64,000 bases of DNA from Gammaproteobacteria bacterium (GTDB lineage: Bacteria; Pseudomonadota; Gammaproteobacteria; JBPCXB01). The notes beneath the pieces are model-generated. The model searched no databases. It was given only the letters and a program-made list of their open reading frames with translations, and had not been told where the DNA came from. Below, piece after piece: positions 35,801-45,105 of the stretch (positions are counted from its first letter, which is position 1; each line of letters begins with the position of its first letter). The DNA lies in the NCBI GenBank assembly GCA_051008935.1, contig JBPCXB010000211.1, positions 8,503 through 72,502 on the forward strand, in the 5' to 3' direction. The position numbers were made by a program, and so were the translations under genes.

Positions 35801-36885
35801 ATACTGCTCGAAATCCAGTGTTGCAAGATTTCGATTCTGCGTTGCTTTAGTGTGAGCGCATAGCGTTGTTCTTCGCCCTTAGCAGGAGGAGTAAGCTCAC
35901 TGGGCACGCTTTGTGTCAGTGCTAGCGCTTTTTTCCACCACTGCTCGGTGGGAGTAGGGCTTAAGCATTGTTGCAGCTGAGTCAATTGGTAGAAGCGCTC
36001 TGGGTTGCGCCAGGCATTGTTTTGTTTAAGAATCTGGAAGATCTGCTCGCCGGTCTGATGCGAAGAGCGCATTAGCGCGATTGAATCGCAAGCTGCAAGC
36101 GCTGCCTGTGTTCCTAAGCGGGGGCATTTCAGCCGCTTTGTTAGAGCGGCGATCTGTGTGCGCGGCAGCAGGTGCAACAAAGCGGCCCATCTCCACTCAG
36201 CATCTAGACCCAGCGCTTGCTCTAATGGTGGCAGGAGCAAGGAAAGATCGGGGCTGAGTTCAGAGAAAAAGGGCTCCAATGCTTGGCATTCTTGCAGGGT
36301 GGTAAAAAAGCGCTCTGGGCATGGGGCAGCTAGTGCTAGTTGTGTTTCGCGCCAGACGCGTTCTGCTGGAAGTGTGGCTAATTCACCGGATGCAGCCAAA
36401 TTGCACATCAACTCTTGGGTCTCGGGGGCCAATGTAAAGCCATAAGGAGCCAACTGTGCCAAAAACCGTGCTACACGCAGTAGGCGTAGAGGATCTTCGG
36501 CAAAGGCAGGTGAAATGTGACGGAGTATGCGTTTGTCCAGATCTTTTTTTCCACCCAGTGGGTCTATCAGCTGCCCTTGTTCGTTCATGGCCATGGCGTT
36601 GATGCGCAGATCTCGGCGCGTCAGGTCTTCTTCCAGCGTCACTGTGGGTGCAGCCTGAAACAGAAACCCTTTGTGGCCTGTTCCTGATTTGTATTCGAGC
36701 CGAGCCAAGGCATGTTCTTCGCGCGTTTCCCGATCGATAAAAACCGGTATGTGTTCTCCAATGGCTTTAAATCCCATCTGTATCATTTGTTCGGGTGTCG
36801 AGCCTATCACTACCCAGTCGCGGTCGCCCGCAGGGCGACCCAGCAATGTATCTCGGACATAGCCGCCGACCAGATAGCGTTTCAT
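35788..36885 (-). CDS. cca: CCA-adding tRNA nucleotidyltransferase, short form lacking HD-domain ligands
   Basis: MKRYLVGGYVRDTLLGRPAGDRDWVV, RRDLRINAMA and EDPLRLLRVARF are present. At 365 aa it is shorter than the roughly 412 aa of E. coli Cca. The region aligned to CHDLGK reads LLHLLPR. The 3' end overlaps dctM by 13 nt (convergent). Confidence 0.85.
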   Translation of the reverse strand: MKRYLVGGYVRDTLLGRPAGDRDWVVIGSTPEQMIQMGFKAIGEHIPVFIDRETREEHALARLEYKSGTGHKGFLFQAAPTVTLEEDLTRRDLRINAMAMNEQGQLIDPLGGKKDLDKRILRHISPAFAEDPLRLLRVARFLAQLAPYGFTLAPETQELMCNLAASGELATLPAERVWRETQLALAAPCPERFFTTLQECQALEPFFSELSPDLSLLLPPLEQALGLDAEWRWAALLHLLPRTQIAALTKRLKCPRLGTQAALAACDSIALMRSSHQTGEQIFQILKQNNAWRNPERFYQLTQLQQCLSPTPTEQWWKKALALTQSVPSELTPPAKGEEQRYALTLKQRRIEILQHWISSSIQLP

Positions 36886-36886
36886 A

Positions 36887-37723
36887 TCAGCTCAATACTG
36901 CTTTGATCGGTGCGCAGCTGATACTGATACGCTGGCCGTTTTCGGGGGTAAGGGCAGTCAGCCATTGATCCCAGCCCGCCCCGGTATCGATGGCATGTAT
37001 ATGGGGTTGTTCGGTCCGTCCTTCTAGCGCAGCCCAATGGCCGAAAATCAGATGCATGCCGTCATCTAGCATGCGTAGTGGCCATTGAAACCACGCCCTG
37101 TCCTTGTCGCTGAAAGGCGGTGCAGTTTTGCTTAGGTTCATGGAATAATCTGGGTTCAGGTAGCGTACCCGAGTGAGATAGTGCAAGGCTGCATGTTTTT
37201 GTTGCTCGCGGGTCAAGTGCGCTCCCCAGTTGGGTGGCGGCTGTAAGGCCAGATCCAATAGTTTTTTTCGGCGCTTGCTGTTGCTCAAATCTTGTTGCAG
37301 TTCGGTATTCAATGTCAAGATTTCCTGCAGGCTCCAGTCGGGATGTACGCCGGCATGGACGATTATCCAATTGGGGTTGTGCGGGTCGGGGCCAGTCAGA
37401 ATCAGAGGTAGGGTGGTCAGCCAATCCAGCGCAGAATCTGCCTGAGGGTGTCGAAGAATTTCTTGAGCCCAAGGAGGACAGGTACGCTGTCGCGTCAATC
37501 CTTCTGCACAAGCCAGCAAATAGAGATCGTGATTGCCCAACACGGCTTGGCAACTGTCCCCTAATGAGCGCAACGTCTGGATTACGCCGAGAGAATCCGG
37601 GCCGCGGTTCACCAGATCGCCGACGCACCAGAGGCGGTCACGCTCTGCACTGAAATTGCTTTGTTGCAACAGCTGATTGAGTGCAGCGGCTTGTCCATGG
37701 ATATCGCCGATTACATAATGCAT
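36887..37723 (-). CDS. apaH: bis(5'-nucleosyl)-tetraphosphatase, symmetrical
   Basis: MHYVIGDIHGQ, GDLVNRGPDS and GNHD are present. The ATG at 37723 lies just downstream of the rsmA stop; the tracked ORF extends to 37858. Confidence 0.9.
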   Translation of the reverse strand: MHYVIGDIHGQAAALNQLLQQSNFSAERDRLWCVGDLVNRGPDSLGVIQTLRSLGDSCQAVLGNHDLYLLACAEGLTRQRTCPPWAQEILRHPQADSALDWLTTLPLILTGPDPHNPNWIIVHAGVHPDWSLQEILTLNTELQQDLSNSKRRKKLLDLALQPPPNWGAHLTREQQKHAALHYLTRVRYLNPDYSMNLSKTAPPFSDKDRAWFQWPLRMLDDGMHLIFGHWAALEGRTEQPHIHAIDTGAGWDQWLTALTPENGQRISISCAPIKAVLS

Positions 37724-37730
37724 AGTTTCC

Positions 37731-38552
37731 TCATGCCGGCAGAAGCTTTGGGTCTTTATCTTGGAGCAGGCAGGCAACTGTGCAGATATCTGCAAAGCTG
37801 GTTTTATCGGCAGATAGTTCCAGATTGAGCCCAATATGCAGGAGTTCAGAGCGGTCAAACAGTGTTTTTAGACTGTTGCCCAGTGATTTACGGCGGCTGG
37901 AAAAAATTGTCCGTGCTACCTGGACAATAAAGGGCTGTAACTCGGGGTGTATCGTCGTCTGAGGTTCAGGTTCAATACGCACTAGTGTCGATTGAACCTT
38001 AGGGGGTGGGTCAAAAGCCTCAGGCGGAACGCCGATTGCTGATTGCGCCTTGACCGTTGCATGCGCCAATACAGCGAGACGCCCCCAATCTGGCTGCCCG
38101 CATTTTGCCGTCAGTCGCTGTGCCATCTCTGTTTGAATCAAAAAATGCGCATCGGACCAGCCAAAAAGGTTGTTCATGGTGCGGGCCAAGATTATGGCTG
38201 AGATGTTGTAGGGCAAGTTTCCCGTCAGTCGGGCTCGGAAATTCGGCTGGGTTCCCAGAAGTTGTGCCCAGTCCTGTTGCATCATATCTCCAGCGATGAT
38301 GCGGCAGGTGCCCGCTTCGATGTATTGTGTGTATTTGTTATTCAGCCGCTGCACCCAGCGGGGATCGAGTTCTATGGCAGTCAGTTTGGCGCCAGAGTCA
38401 AGCAGCGCTTTGCTCAGGGCGCCGTCTCCAGCTCCCAGCTCCAGAAAATGATCCGATGCATTGGGTTGAATCACTGCGAGGATGCGTTCAATAGAGGCTT
38501 GGTCGCGCAAAAAATGCTGCCCCAGATGCTTTTTGTAATGCCGTTTTTTCAA
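37731..38552 (-). CDS. rsmA: 16S rRNA (adenine1518/1519-N6)-dimethyltransferase
   Basis: KKHLGQHFL, ELGAGDGALS and NLPYNIS are present. Confidence 0.92.
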   Translation of the reverse strand: MKKRHYKKHLGQHFLRDQASIERILAVIQPNASDHFLELGAGDGALSKALLDSGAKLTAIELDPRWVQRLNNKYTQYIEAGTCRIIAGDMMQQDWAQLLGTQPNFRARLTGNLPYNISAIILARTMNNLFGWSDAHFLIQTEMAQRLTAKCGQPDWGRLAVLAHATVKAQSAIGVPPEAFDPPPKVQSTLVRIEPEPQTTIHPELQPFIVQVARTIFSSRRKSLGNSLKTLFDRSELLHIGLNLELSADKTSFADICTVACLLQDKDPKLLPA

Positions 38553-38557
38553 TGATG

Positions 38558-39595
38558 TCAGGGGTGGTGTGTGCCACGCGCCAGTTTCAGAGCCAGGTGT
38601 ACAGCTTCAACCATGCTGCTGGGGTCGACCGCGCCAGTACCGGCTAGGTCTAGTGCTGTGCCATGATCTGGAGAAGTTCGGGGGAAGGGTAGGTTGAGCG
38701 TGAAATTTACCGCACGCTCAAAGGCGTGAAATTTGATGACGGGGAGCGCTTGATCGTGGTACATTGCTAGGACAGCATCGCATTTTTCCAAACCCTGAGG
38801 GGCAAAGAGGGTATCGGCGGCTAGCGGGCCACGTGCTTGTACACCTGCTTGCTGGGCTTGGCTGATGGCCGGCGTAATCCGCTCCAGCTCTTCTCGGCCC
38901 AGATATCCTTGTTCGCCTGCATGCGGGTTAAGCCCGCAGACGCTGATGCGTGGTGTTGCCATGCCGAAGTGCTGCTTGAGCCCAGAGTCTAGATGCATGA
39001 TAGCTTTAAGTACCGATGCCGTTGTGATGGCATTTGGCACCTGCTGTAGCGGCAGGTGTGTGGTGGCTAATGCCACAATCAGAGGCTTGTGAGGTGCATT
39101 GGATGCATAGAAGGTCATGAGGGGTTGGCGGCCGCATAGATCGGCTATCCATTCCGTTTGGCCTGTGAATTGCGGTTGCTTCTGTAGGATGGCGGATTTT
39201 TGTACAGGGGCAGTGACTAGAGCTTGCAGCTGGTTTGCTAGACACATCTGAGTGCCGGTTGAGAGCGACTCTAATACTTGGGTTTGGTGTGCCTTTTGCG
39301 GGGTGCCGATAGATACCTGTGCATTGATCGGCAGGTCGACGGCTGCGCAAGCACCTAATGTGCGGCATTCAGGCTTCTGCGCTAGCGAAAAGGGCATCAA
39401 GTTGATTTTTTTATTCAGGCTCTGGGCTCTTGTGGTGAGGAGCTGACAGTCGCCCAGGTAAACCAGTTCGATTGCTAATTCGCTCTGGTTCAGGCGGTGC
39501 AGGAGGTCAATGCACAAATCCGGGCCACAGCCCGCAGGTTCTCCTTGAGTGATACCAATGCGCAGGATCTGCTGCTGGCTATTTGAGTCCTTCAA
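38558..39595 (-). CDS. pdxA: 4-hydroxythreonine-4-phosphate dehydrogenase
   Basis: GEPAGCGPD, GLNPHAGE, YHDQALPV and TSPDHGTA are present. Confidence 0.92.
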   Translation of the reverse strand: MKDSNSQQQILRIGITQGEPAGCGPDLCIDLLHRLNQSELAIELVYLGDCQLLTTRAQSLNKKINLMPFSLAQKPECRTLGACAAVDLPINAQVSIGTPQKAHQTQVLESLSTGTQMCLANQLQALVTAPVQKSAILQKQPQFTGQTEWIADLCGRQPLMTFYASNAPHKPLIVALATTHLPLQQVPNAITTASVLKAIMHLDSGLKQHFGMATPRISVCGLNPHAGEQGYLGREELERITPAISQAQQAGVQARGPLAADTLFAPQGLEKCDAVLAMYHDQALPVIKFHAFERAVNFTLNLPFPRTSPDHGTALDLAGTGAVDPSSMVEAVHLALKLARGTHHP

Positions 39596-40937
39596 TATCG
39601 ATTTTCAAATCAACATAGGCCTGAGAGCGTATTTCGTGCAGATAGCGGTCGAGTTCTTCTTCGAATTTACGCTCAAATATCGACTGTATGGCGTGATTGC
39701 GGCTGAGTTCTTCGGTCAGATCGGAGGTGCGTTTGTCATGGACAATGGCAACGTGCCAGCCTGCTTCTGTTTGAAAAGGCTCAGAAAGCGTGCCAGCGGT
39801 TAGTGCATCAATGACAGTTGCAAAATCAGGCGGTAATTGTTCGATCTGTACCCAGCCCAGATTCCCTTCTGAGAGCGCAGAGTCTGGGTCTTCAGAATAG
39901 ATGCGTGCTAGAGCCGTAAATTCTTCCCCTTCTGTGATGCGATTTCGCAGTGCCGTCAGCTCGGTCTCGGTTTGTTCCAGCGTCCTGATTGCACTGGGTT
40001 TGAGTAGTAGATGGCTGACCAGATATTCAGTTGTGTAGCGTACTGTTTTTCCTCGGCGGTCTGTCAGCCTGATGATGTGCAAGGCAAAGTCATCGTCCAG
40101 CGGCGCAGAATAATCGCCGACTTGCATGGTACGGATTGCCTGAGCAATGATGTTGGGTAGCTGGCTGGGTTTGCGCCAGCCCAGGCTGCCGCCTTGCAGG
40201 GCTGTTCGCGATTGTGAGAATTCGACTGCGAGGCTTTCAAAATCGCTACCCTCTTTGAGCTTCTGTTCGATTATCTTGGCAGTGTCAGTGGCTTTTTGAG
40301 GGTCGTCTTCAAAAGGCAACAGGATGTGACTGACGAGGTATTCACGGCCGAGTAGCGCATCGCCTGCGGTAGAAGCGAGAAAGCGGTCGATCTCTTCTTC
40401 CGTAATGCTGATGCGGCTGCGTAGCAGTGCTTGCTGGGTTTTTTGGATGAGCAGATCATCGCGGATGCGCGACAGAAATTTGTCTACCGCTATGCCTTCT
40501 TGCTTGAGCGATTCGTACAGTTCTGCCAGTGAGTAATTGCTTTGGTTGGCGATACGTTCTAAGGCTTGGTTGAGTTCTGCAGACGAGACCTGAATATTGG
40601 CCCGTGCAGCTTGTTCCTTGATCAAGCTCTCGACAATTAACTGCTCCATGACTTGGTTTTCCAGAAAACGATCCGGAGGCACCTGAGTCTGCGAGGTGCG
40701 TAGCCGATCTTTTACTGCTTGCAGCCGTTCTTCAAATTCGGATTCCATGATCAGACTGTTGTCGGCGATGGCAGCTATGCGGTCGATGAGCGCCAAGGAT
40801 TTGCTTTGGCCCTGTACAGGCGGGGCAACGGCCCATGTGCTGATCGCCAGAGCAGTCAGTACACACAGAGTTTTAAGGAAGTACAGGTGGTCGGATGTTT
40901 TCAATGCAGGCATGGAACTGTTTTTTTGAGCGCACAT
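39579..40937 (-). CDS. surA: periplasmic chaperone / peptidyl-prolyl isomerase SurA
   Basis: A signal peptide, a SurA N-domain and two parvulin-like domains (GGSLGW..., GNLGWV...) are present. The gene lies in the lptD-surA-pdxA context. The start may be the ATG at 40913. Confidence 0.88.
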   Translation of the reverse strand: MCAQKNSSMPALKTSDHLYFLKTLCVLTALAISTWAVAPPVQGQSKSLALIDRIAAIADNSLIMESEFEERLQAVKDRLRTSQTQVPPDRFLENQVMEQLIVESLIKEQAARANIQVSSAELNQALERIANQSNYSLAELYESLKQEGIAVDKFLSRIRDDLLIQKTQQALLRSRISITEEEIDRFLASTAGDALLGREYLVSHILLPFEDDPQKATDTAKIIEQKLKEGSDFESLAVEFSQSRTALQGGSLGWRKPSQLPNIIAQAIRTMQVGDYSAPLDDDFALHIIRLTDRRGKTVRYTTEYLVSHLLLKPSAIRTLEQTETELTALRNRITEGEEFTALARIYSEDPDSALSEGNLGWVQIEQLPPDFATVIDALTAGTLSEPFQTEAGWHVAIVHDKRTSDLTEELSRNHAIQSIFERKFEEELDRYLHEIRSQAYVDLKIDIEGLK

Positions 40938-40984
40938 AATTAGACAGGCTAGCTGGTCTAAAGGTGCCGTTAGTATCTACTATT

Positions 40985-43117
40985 TTATGCACCTGTCTTC
41001 AGATGAAATTTAAATTCCAACCGATCGTTGTCAACGATCGGAAGGTTGTGCCAATTTTGCCATTGATCCACTGTTGCTGAACGGTAATCTGTGGTGAGTT
41101 GGGAAGTGTACGACAGGCTGAATTCAAAGCAATTATCGCGGTATTGGATGCCTAGTTTCTGTCGGATATTGCGTCGGTACTGCAGGTCTCGGAACTGATT
41201 GGCCGTGATCCCTATTCTGTCAGAGATAGGGAAGCTGAGATCAAAAGATACAGATTTAAGCGCGGTATTGAGCCCTGCTCCTTTTTTGCGTTCGCTGAAG
41301 GCTAATTTCAGCCCGCCCCAAGGCGCATCTAGCGCATAGCTTAAGGAGGAAGCCGTATTAAATTGCCAATCGCTCTTGCTGAGTAGTAACAGCCAGATAT
41401 GCTGGCTTTCAGCGGTGCGTTTGTGCAATGCCATTTCGACTAGGCTGATTTGTTCGGGGTTTTCGAGCTGCGGCTCTATGCGGCTGAGCAGTGATTCAGC
41501 GGGGGCAGCCCCATAGCGGCTCCAGGCAAGAGCCACTTTAATATCGGTATTTCCTTGGTTGCTAGCCAGCTCTGCACCGAAGCTCATACGTTCTCGGGAG
41601 GGGACCAAATCTTGGCCTGCTTGCCTGTGGCTCCAGACGCTTTGAGAGGACGCAGGTAGAGGCAGGCTGTCTATATTGCTGAGGTTGTTTTCTGATGTCT
41701 GAAGATCGATCCATCTGAGTTGAGCGCGCGGCTTGAGGCTGAGTGTAGGTCGGGTAGCTGCATGTAGATTGAGTCCCAGATCTATCTGGACCAAGGTGCT
41801 TTGTTCGTAATTGTTGTGCTGCTGGCTGCGATTGACACCGAGACCTAGATCGATCCAGCCCCATTTTATTTCTGGTCTGAAATGGATGGCAGTATCCAGC
41901 GATTGGCGTTCCAGTCTTTCATCGGCTCCAGAGGGGCGATCTGCTGGCAGCGGGTTGAAGTACAAATTGCTCCCGTAACGTTTGTATTGTCCTAGTTGGG
42001 TTTCCAAATACCATTGCCAAGACTGGCTGGAGCGGTCTGTGCGTAGACTGAATTCAAATTCGCCGCTGTAGTCACCCAATCTGCCGTCGCTGTCTTCTTT
42101 TAGATTGACCGTAGCTAGTGACAGGTTGAGGTGTTCCTGATGATACGATAGGCTGATTTTTTGCAGATATTGACCGGCGGTTTTAGGGACGCTGAAGGTT
42201 TTCAGCCCATATTGGTTGAGAAAGGTGGCCTCGGAAGCATCTGAATAATCTGCATGCAGCCGCCATGGCCCCCACTTGGCCTGATGGTGCCAGTGAATCG
42301 CATTGAAGCGCTGGGTATCTGTCTCAAATGTTGCTGCCGAAAGGCTGCCAGATTGGTTGCGGTGCAAATAGCGCAGATTGCTCTCGATGCCTTGACCGGT
42401 ATCTGCAATGAGGCGCGGGGTCAGAGTGATATCTGCTGCTTCAGAAAAGGTCAACAGGTATGGAAGGCTGATATCGAGTGCTTCTTGTTGCTGCGTGACA
42501 ATCGGGATGAGCCAGCCGGATATGCTTCTTCCGTCTAGCGGAAAATGGCTGACTGGTAGCGGCAGTGCGAATGACAATACTCTGATTTTCCCGCCTCGAG
42601 AGGTGGCTAGTTTGGCTGTTGAGTCCAGAGTCAGGGATTTGCCCTCAAAGCCCCAGATCGCACGTTTTTGTGGATTGGGACAGAATGACAGGGAAAAATC
42701 AGACATGGAGATCTGGAACTGATCTGGAGTGTCGGGAGTTTCAGTGGATATGCGCTCTATCAGTAATTCTTTAATGCGCCCTTGGCTGAATTCGTTGTAG
42801 ATAAAATGGACATCGTAGGCTTTCAGCGTGTTTTGCTCGATGCGCATACGGGGCGCTTCGAATTGCCAATCATCCAGACTGTAGATGGCATTATTAAGCT
42901 CTAGAACAGGCTGGTTGCTGGTATTCTGTTCCAGTCTTAGGGTGTTGGCGCTGATAGTAGTGGAGCCAAATTTTGCGGTCACGGTGCGAACAACGGTCGG
43001 GCTGGACTCTATGCTTGGCACGCAGGGCTCTTGGGCCCTGTTTGCTTGAGGCTCAGGGTCAGCGATGGAAAGAGCAGGTAAGATTGCCCAGATGCAACTC
43101 AATAAGAAGCGGGTCAA
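40985..43117 (-). CDS. lptD: LPS-assembly outer-membrane protein LptD
   Basis: This large beta-barrel protein lies upstream of surA. The only credible signal peptide (TRFLLSCIWAILPALSIA) follows a TTG at 43117. The tracked ORF runs to 43399 but that would overlap the divergent amgK. Confidence 0.8.
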   Translation of the reverse strand: MTRFLLSCIWAILPALSIADPEPQANRAQEPCVPSIESSPTVVRTVTAKFGSTTISANTLRLEQNTSNQPVLELNNAIYSLDDWQFEAPRMRIEQNTLKAYDVHFIYNEFSQGRIKELLIERISTETPDTPDQFQISMSDFSLSFCPNPQKRAIWGFEGKSLTLDSTAKLATSRGGKIRVLSFALPLPVSHFPLDGRSISGWLIPIVTQQQEALDISLPYLLTFSEAADITLTPRLIADTGQGIESNLRYLHRNQSGSLSAATFETDTQRFNAIHWHHQAKWGPWRLHADYSDASEATFLNQYGLKTFSVPKTAGQYLQKISLSYHQEHLNLSLATVNLKEDSDGRLGDYSGEFEFSLRTDRSSQSWQWYLETQLGQYKRYGSNLYFNPLPADRPSGADERLERQSLDTAIHFRPEIKWGWIDLGLGVNRSQQHNNYEQSTLVQIDLGLNLHAATRPTLSLKPRAQLRWIDLQTSENNLSNIDSLPLPASSQSVWSHRQAGQDLVPSRERMSFGAELASNQGNTDIKVALAWSRYGAAPAESLLSRIEPQLENPEQISLVEMALHKRTAESQHIWLLLLSKSDWQFNTASSLSYALDAPWGGLKLAFSERKKGAGLNTALKSVSFDLSFPISDRIGITANQFRDLQYRRNIRQKLGIQYRDNCFEFSLSYTSQLTTDYRSATVDQWQNWHNLPIVDNDRLEFKFHLKTGA

Positions 43118-43206
43118 ATGCGGGACAAGCGTTTCCAAAGATACAGTTTTAATGCCAGCGTTCGATCGCGGATATAAGTCATTATATAGAGGGGTCTGAG
43201 CGCCTG

Positions 43207-44313
43207 ATGGAAGTAGAGCATGGCCAACGCCAGGCAGCCATTGAATGGGCCAAGCATGCGTTGGCGCGATCCAGACCGGGTTGTGAGTTGAGTAGTTGGC
43301 GCCATCAGCCGCTGGCTGGTGACGCCAGTTCGCGCAGTTATGAACGCATGAGCTATTGTTGCGAGACCATCGAAACCAGTCGCATTTTGATGATTTCACC
43401 CCCTGCGTCTGGGGAAAAAAATGCGGAATTTGTGGCTATGCAAGGCATCCTACAAGAAATCGGCATCCGTGTTCCGCATATCTATGATCGGGAACCAGTG
43501 GAAGGCTGGATGCTGTTGACTGATTTTGGTGATAGGCGTTATCTGGACCAAATCCATGCGGCGCAATCCGAGCAAGATCTGGAAAATTTGTACCATCCTG
43601 CTCTGCAGGTCATGGCTGTTGTTCAGGCCTGCCCTTTGTCTAAGTTGGCAGCGTTGTCGGTGATGAATCGCGAACGTGCCCTGTCAGAGATGCAGTTGTT
43701 CCCTCAGTGGTATTTGCAGGGGCTGTTGCAGATTGATATAGACCCCGAGGCTCAGGCTGCTTTGACGGAAAGCCTGATTTGGTTGGCTGATCAGTTTGTG
43801 CAACAGCCGATGTGCCTGACGCATTTTGATTTTCATTCTTGCAATTTGCTGTATCAGGATGATGGCGTGCCTGCGCTGCTGGATTTTCAGGATGCCCTGA
43901 TTGCTCCTTGGTTACTGGATCCTGTGTCGTTATTAAGGGATTGTTATTTCGAGTTAAAGCCGCATATGCAGAGCAGGCTGTTATCCTTCTATGTGGATCG
44001 GATGCAGCAGTTGCAGTGGCAGGTGCACTTTGAGGGTCGCGTTCAGAACATGCCTTGGAGCCGTATTGATAGGGATCAAGTGCGCTTCTGGTTTGAAATT
44101 TGCAGCTTGCAGAGGCATTTGCGAGTGCTGGGTACTTTTGGGCGTTTGCATCTGCGCGACGGCAGAAGTGCCCATTTGGCTGATCTACCAGCTACTCTTT
44201 GTTATTGTTTGCGCGCTGCGTCGGAGTTGCCGCAATTAGTACCACTCTTGAATGTGCTGAAGCATTCAGAGCCGCTGTTGGCACGCTTTCTCAAGGATCG
44301 GGATGCGTTTTGA
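43207..44313 (+). CDS. amgK: aminoglycoside-phosphotransferase-fold kinase, N-acetylmuramate/N-acetylglucosamine kinase-like
   Basis: The APH-fold catalytic pattern HFDFHSCNLL...ALLDFQDA is present. The gene is divergent from lptD and directly upstream of a MurU-like gene, as in Pseudomonas. Confidence 0.7.
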   Translation: MEVEHGQRQAAIEWAKHALARSRPGCELSSWRHQPLAGDASSRSYERMSYCCETIETSRILMISPPASGEKNAEFVAMQGILQEIGIRVPHIYDREPVEGWMLLTDFGDRRYLDQIHAAQSEQDLENLYHPALQVMAVVQACPLSKLAALSVMNRERALSEMQLFPQWYLQGLLQIDIDPEAQAALTESLIWLADQFVQQPMCLTHFDFHSCNLLYQDDGVPALLDFQDALIAPWLLDPVSLLRDCYFELKPHMQSRLLSFYVDRMQQLQWQVHFEGRVQNMPWSRIDRDQVRFWFEICSLQRHLRVLGTFGRLHLRDGRSAHLADLPATLCYCLRAASELPQLVPLLNVLKHSEPLLARFLKDRDAF

Positions 44314-45051
44314 ATGACTGCTATGCCTAGTGTCATGTTGCTGGCTGCAGGGGCAGGTCAACGGCTCTATCCGCTGACAGCGCACTGCCCCAAAGCGCTG
44401 GTTTCAGTTGGCGGTAGAGCCCTTATTCTGTGGCATCTCGAGGCTTTGGCCCAAGCAGGGGTACGCAGGGTGGTCATCAATCGCATGCAAGATCGGCTGG
44501 GGAGCTTGCTCGAACAGCGCGTTCGGGCTGCGCAGAACCAATGCGGCACCTTGCAGCGACTGGAGCTGGTTTTTGTGCTCCAGCACAGCAGACTGGGTAC
44601 CGGCGGCGATATTTTGCAGGCTCTGCCGCATCTGGCACCGGCACCATTTGTGGTGATCAATGCCGATATACACACAGATTTTCCAAGGCGTTCTTTGCTT
44701 GCCGTTGGCAGCTCTGCGCATTCAAGTCGTTTGGCCCATATGGTTTTGGTTCCGCCGCCAGCTGGTAAAACAGGTGATGTGGGATACCATAGCGGTCGTG
44801 TGACAGTCCGCAAGGCATCTGAAACAAGCTGGACTTTTTCTGGCATGTCGGTTCTGCATCCGGATCTTTTTGCCAGCCGAGTTGCGACAGCAGATAAAGC
44901 TTCTTTCTTTGACCTTTGGGCGGATGTGCTTGAGCCTGCAGTCCAGCAGCAGCGGGTGACCGCTGAGCTTTATGAGGGGCATTGGACTGATGCAGGCCAG
45001 CACGCCAGCTTGGCAAATCTGCGTGCTTTGCTTGCGCGGCGTATGCCGTAA
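44314..45051 (+). CDS. murU: nucleotidyltransferase, N-acetylmuramate alpha-1-phosphate uridylyltransferase-like
   Basis: The sugar-nucleotidyltransferase signature reads LLAAGAGQRLYPLTAHCPKALVSVGG. The start abuts the amgK stop. Confidence 0.7.
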   Translation: MTAMPSVMLLAAGAGQRLYPLTAHCPKALVSVGGRALILWHLEALAQAGVRRVVINRMQDRLGSLLEQRVRAAQNQCGTLQRLELVFVLQHSRLGTGGDILQALPHLAPAPFVVINADIHTDFPRRSLLAVGSSAHSSRLAHMVLVPPPAGKTGDVGYHSGRVTVRKASETSWTFSGMSVLHPDLFASRVATADKASFFDLWADVLEPAVQQQRVTAELYEGHWTDAGQHASLANLRALLARRMP

Positions 45052-45105
45052 ATCTCTTGCTTCTGTTAGGATAGAGGCAACTTTTTGCTGCCTTTGGCTC
45101 ACTTC

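Noticed and set aside
43118-43399. N-terminal 94 aa of the maximal lptD ORF
   Set aside because: This stretch has no signal peptide and an unusual composition. It would overlap the divergent amgK start. A TTG followed by a proper signal peptide occurs at 43117.
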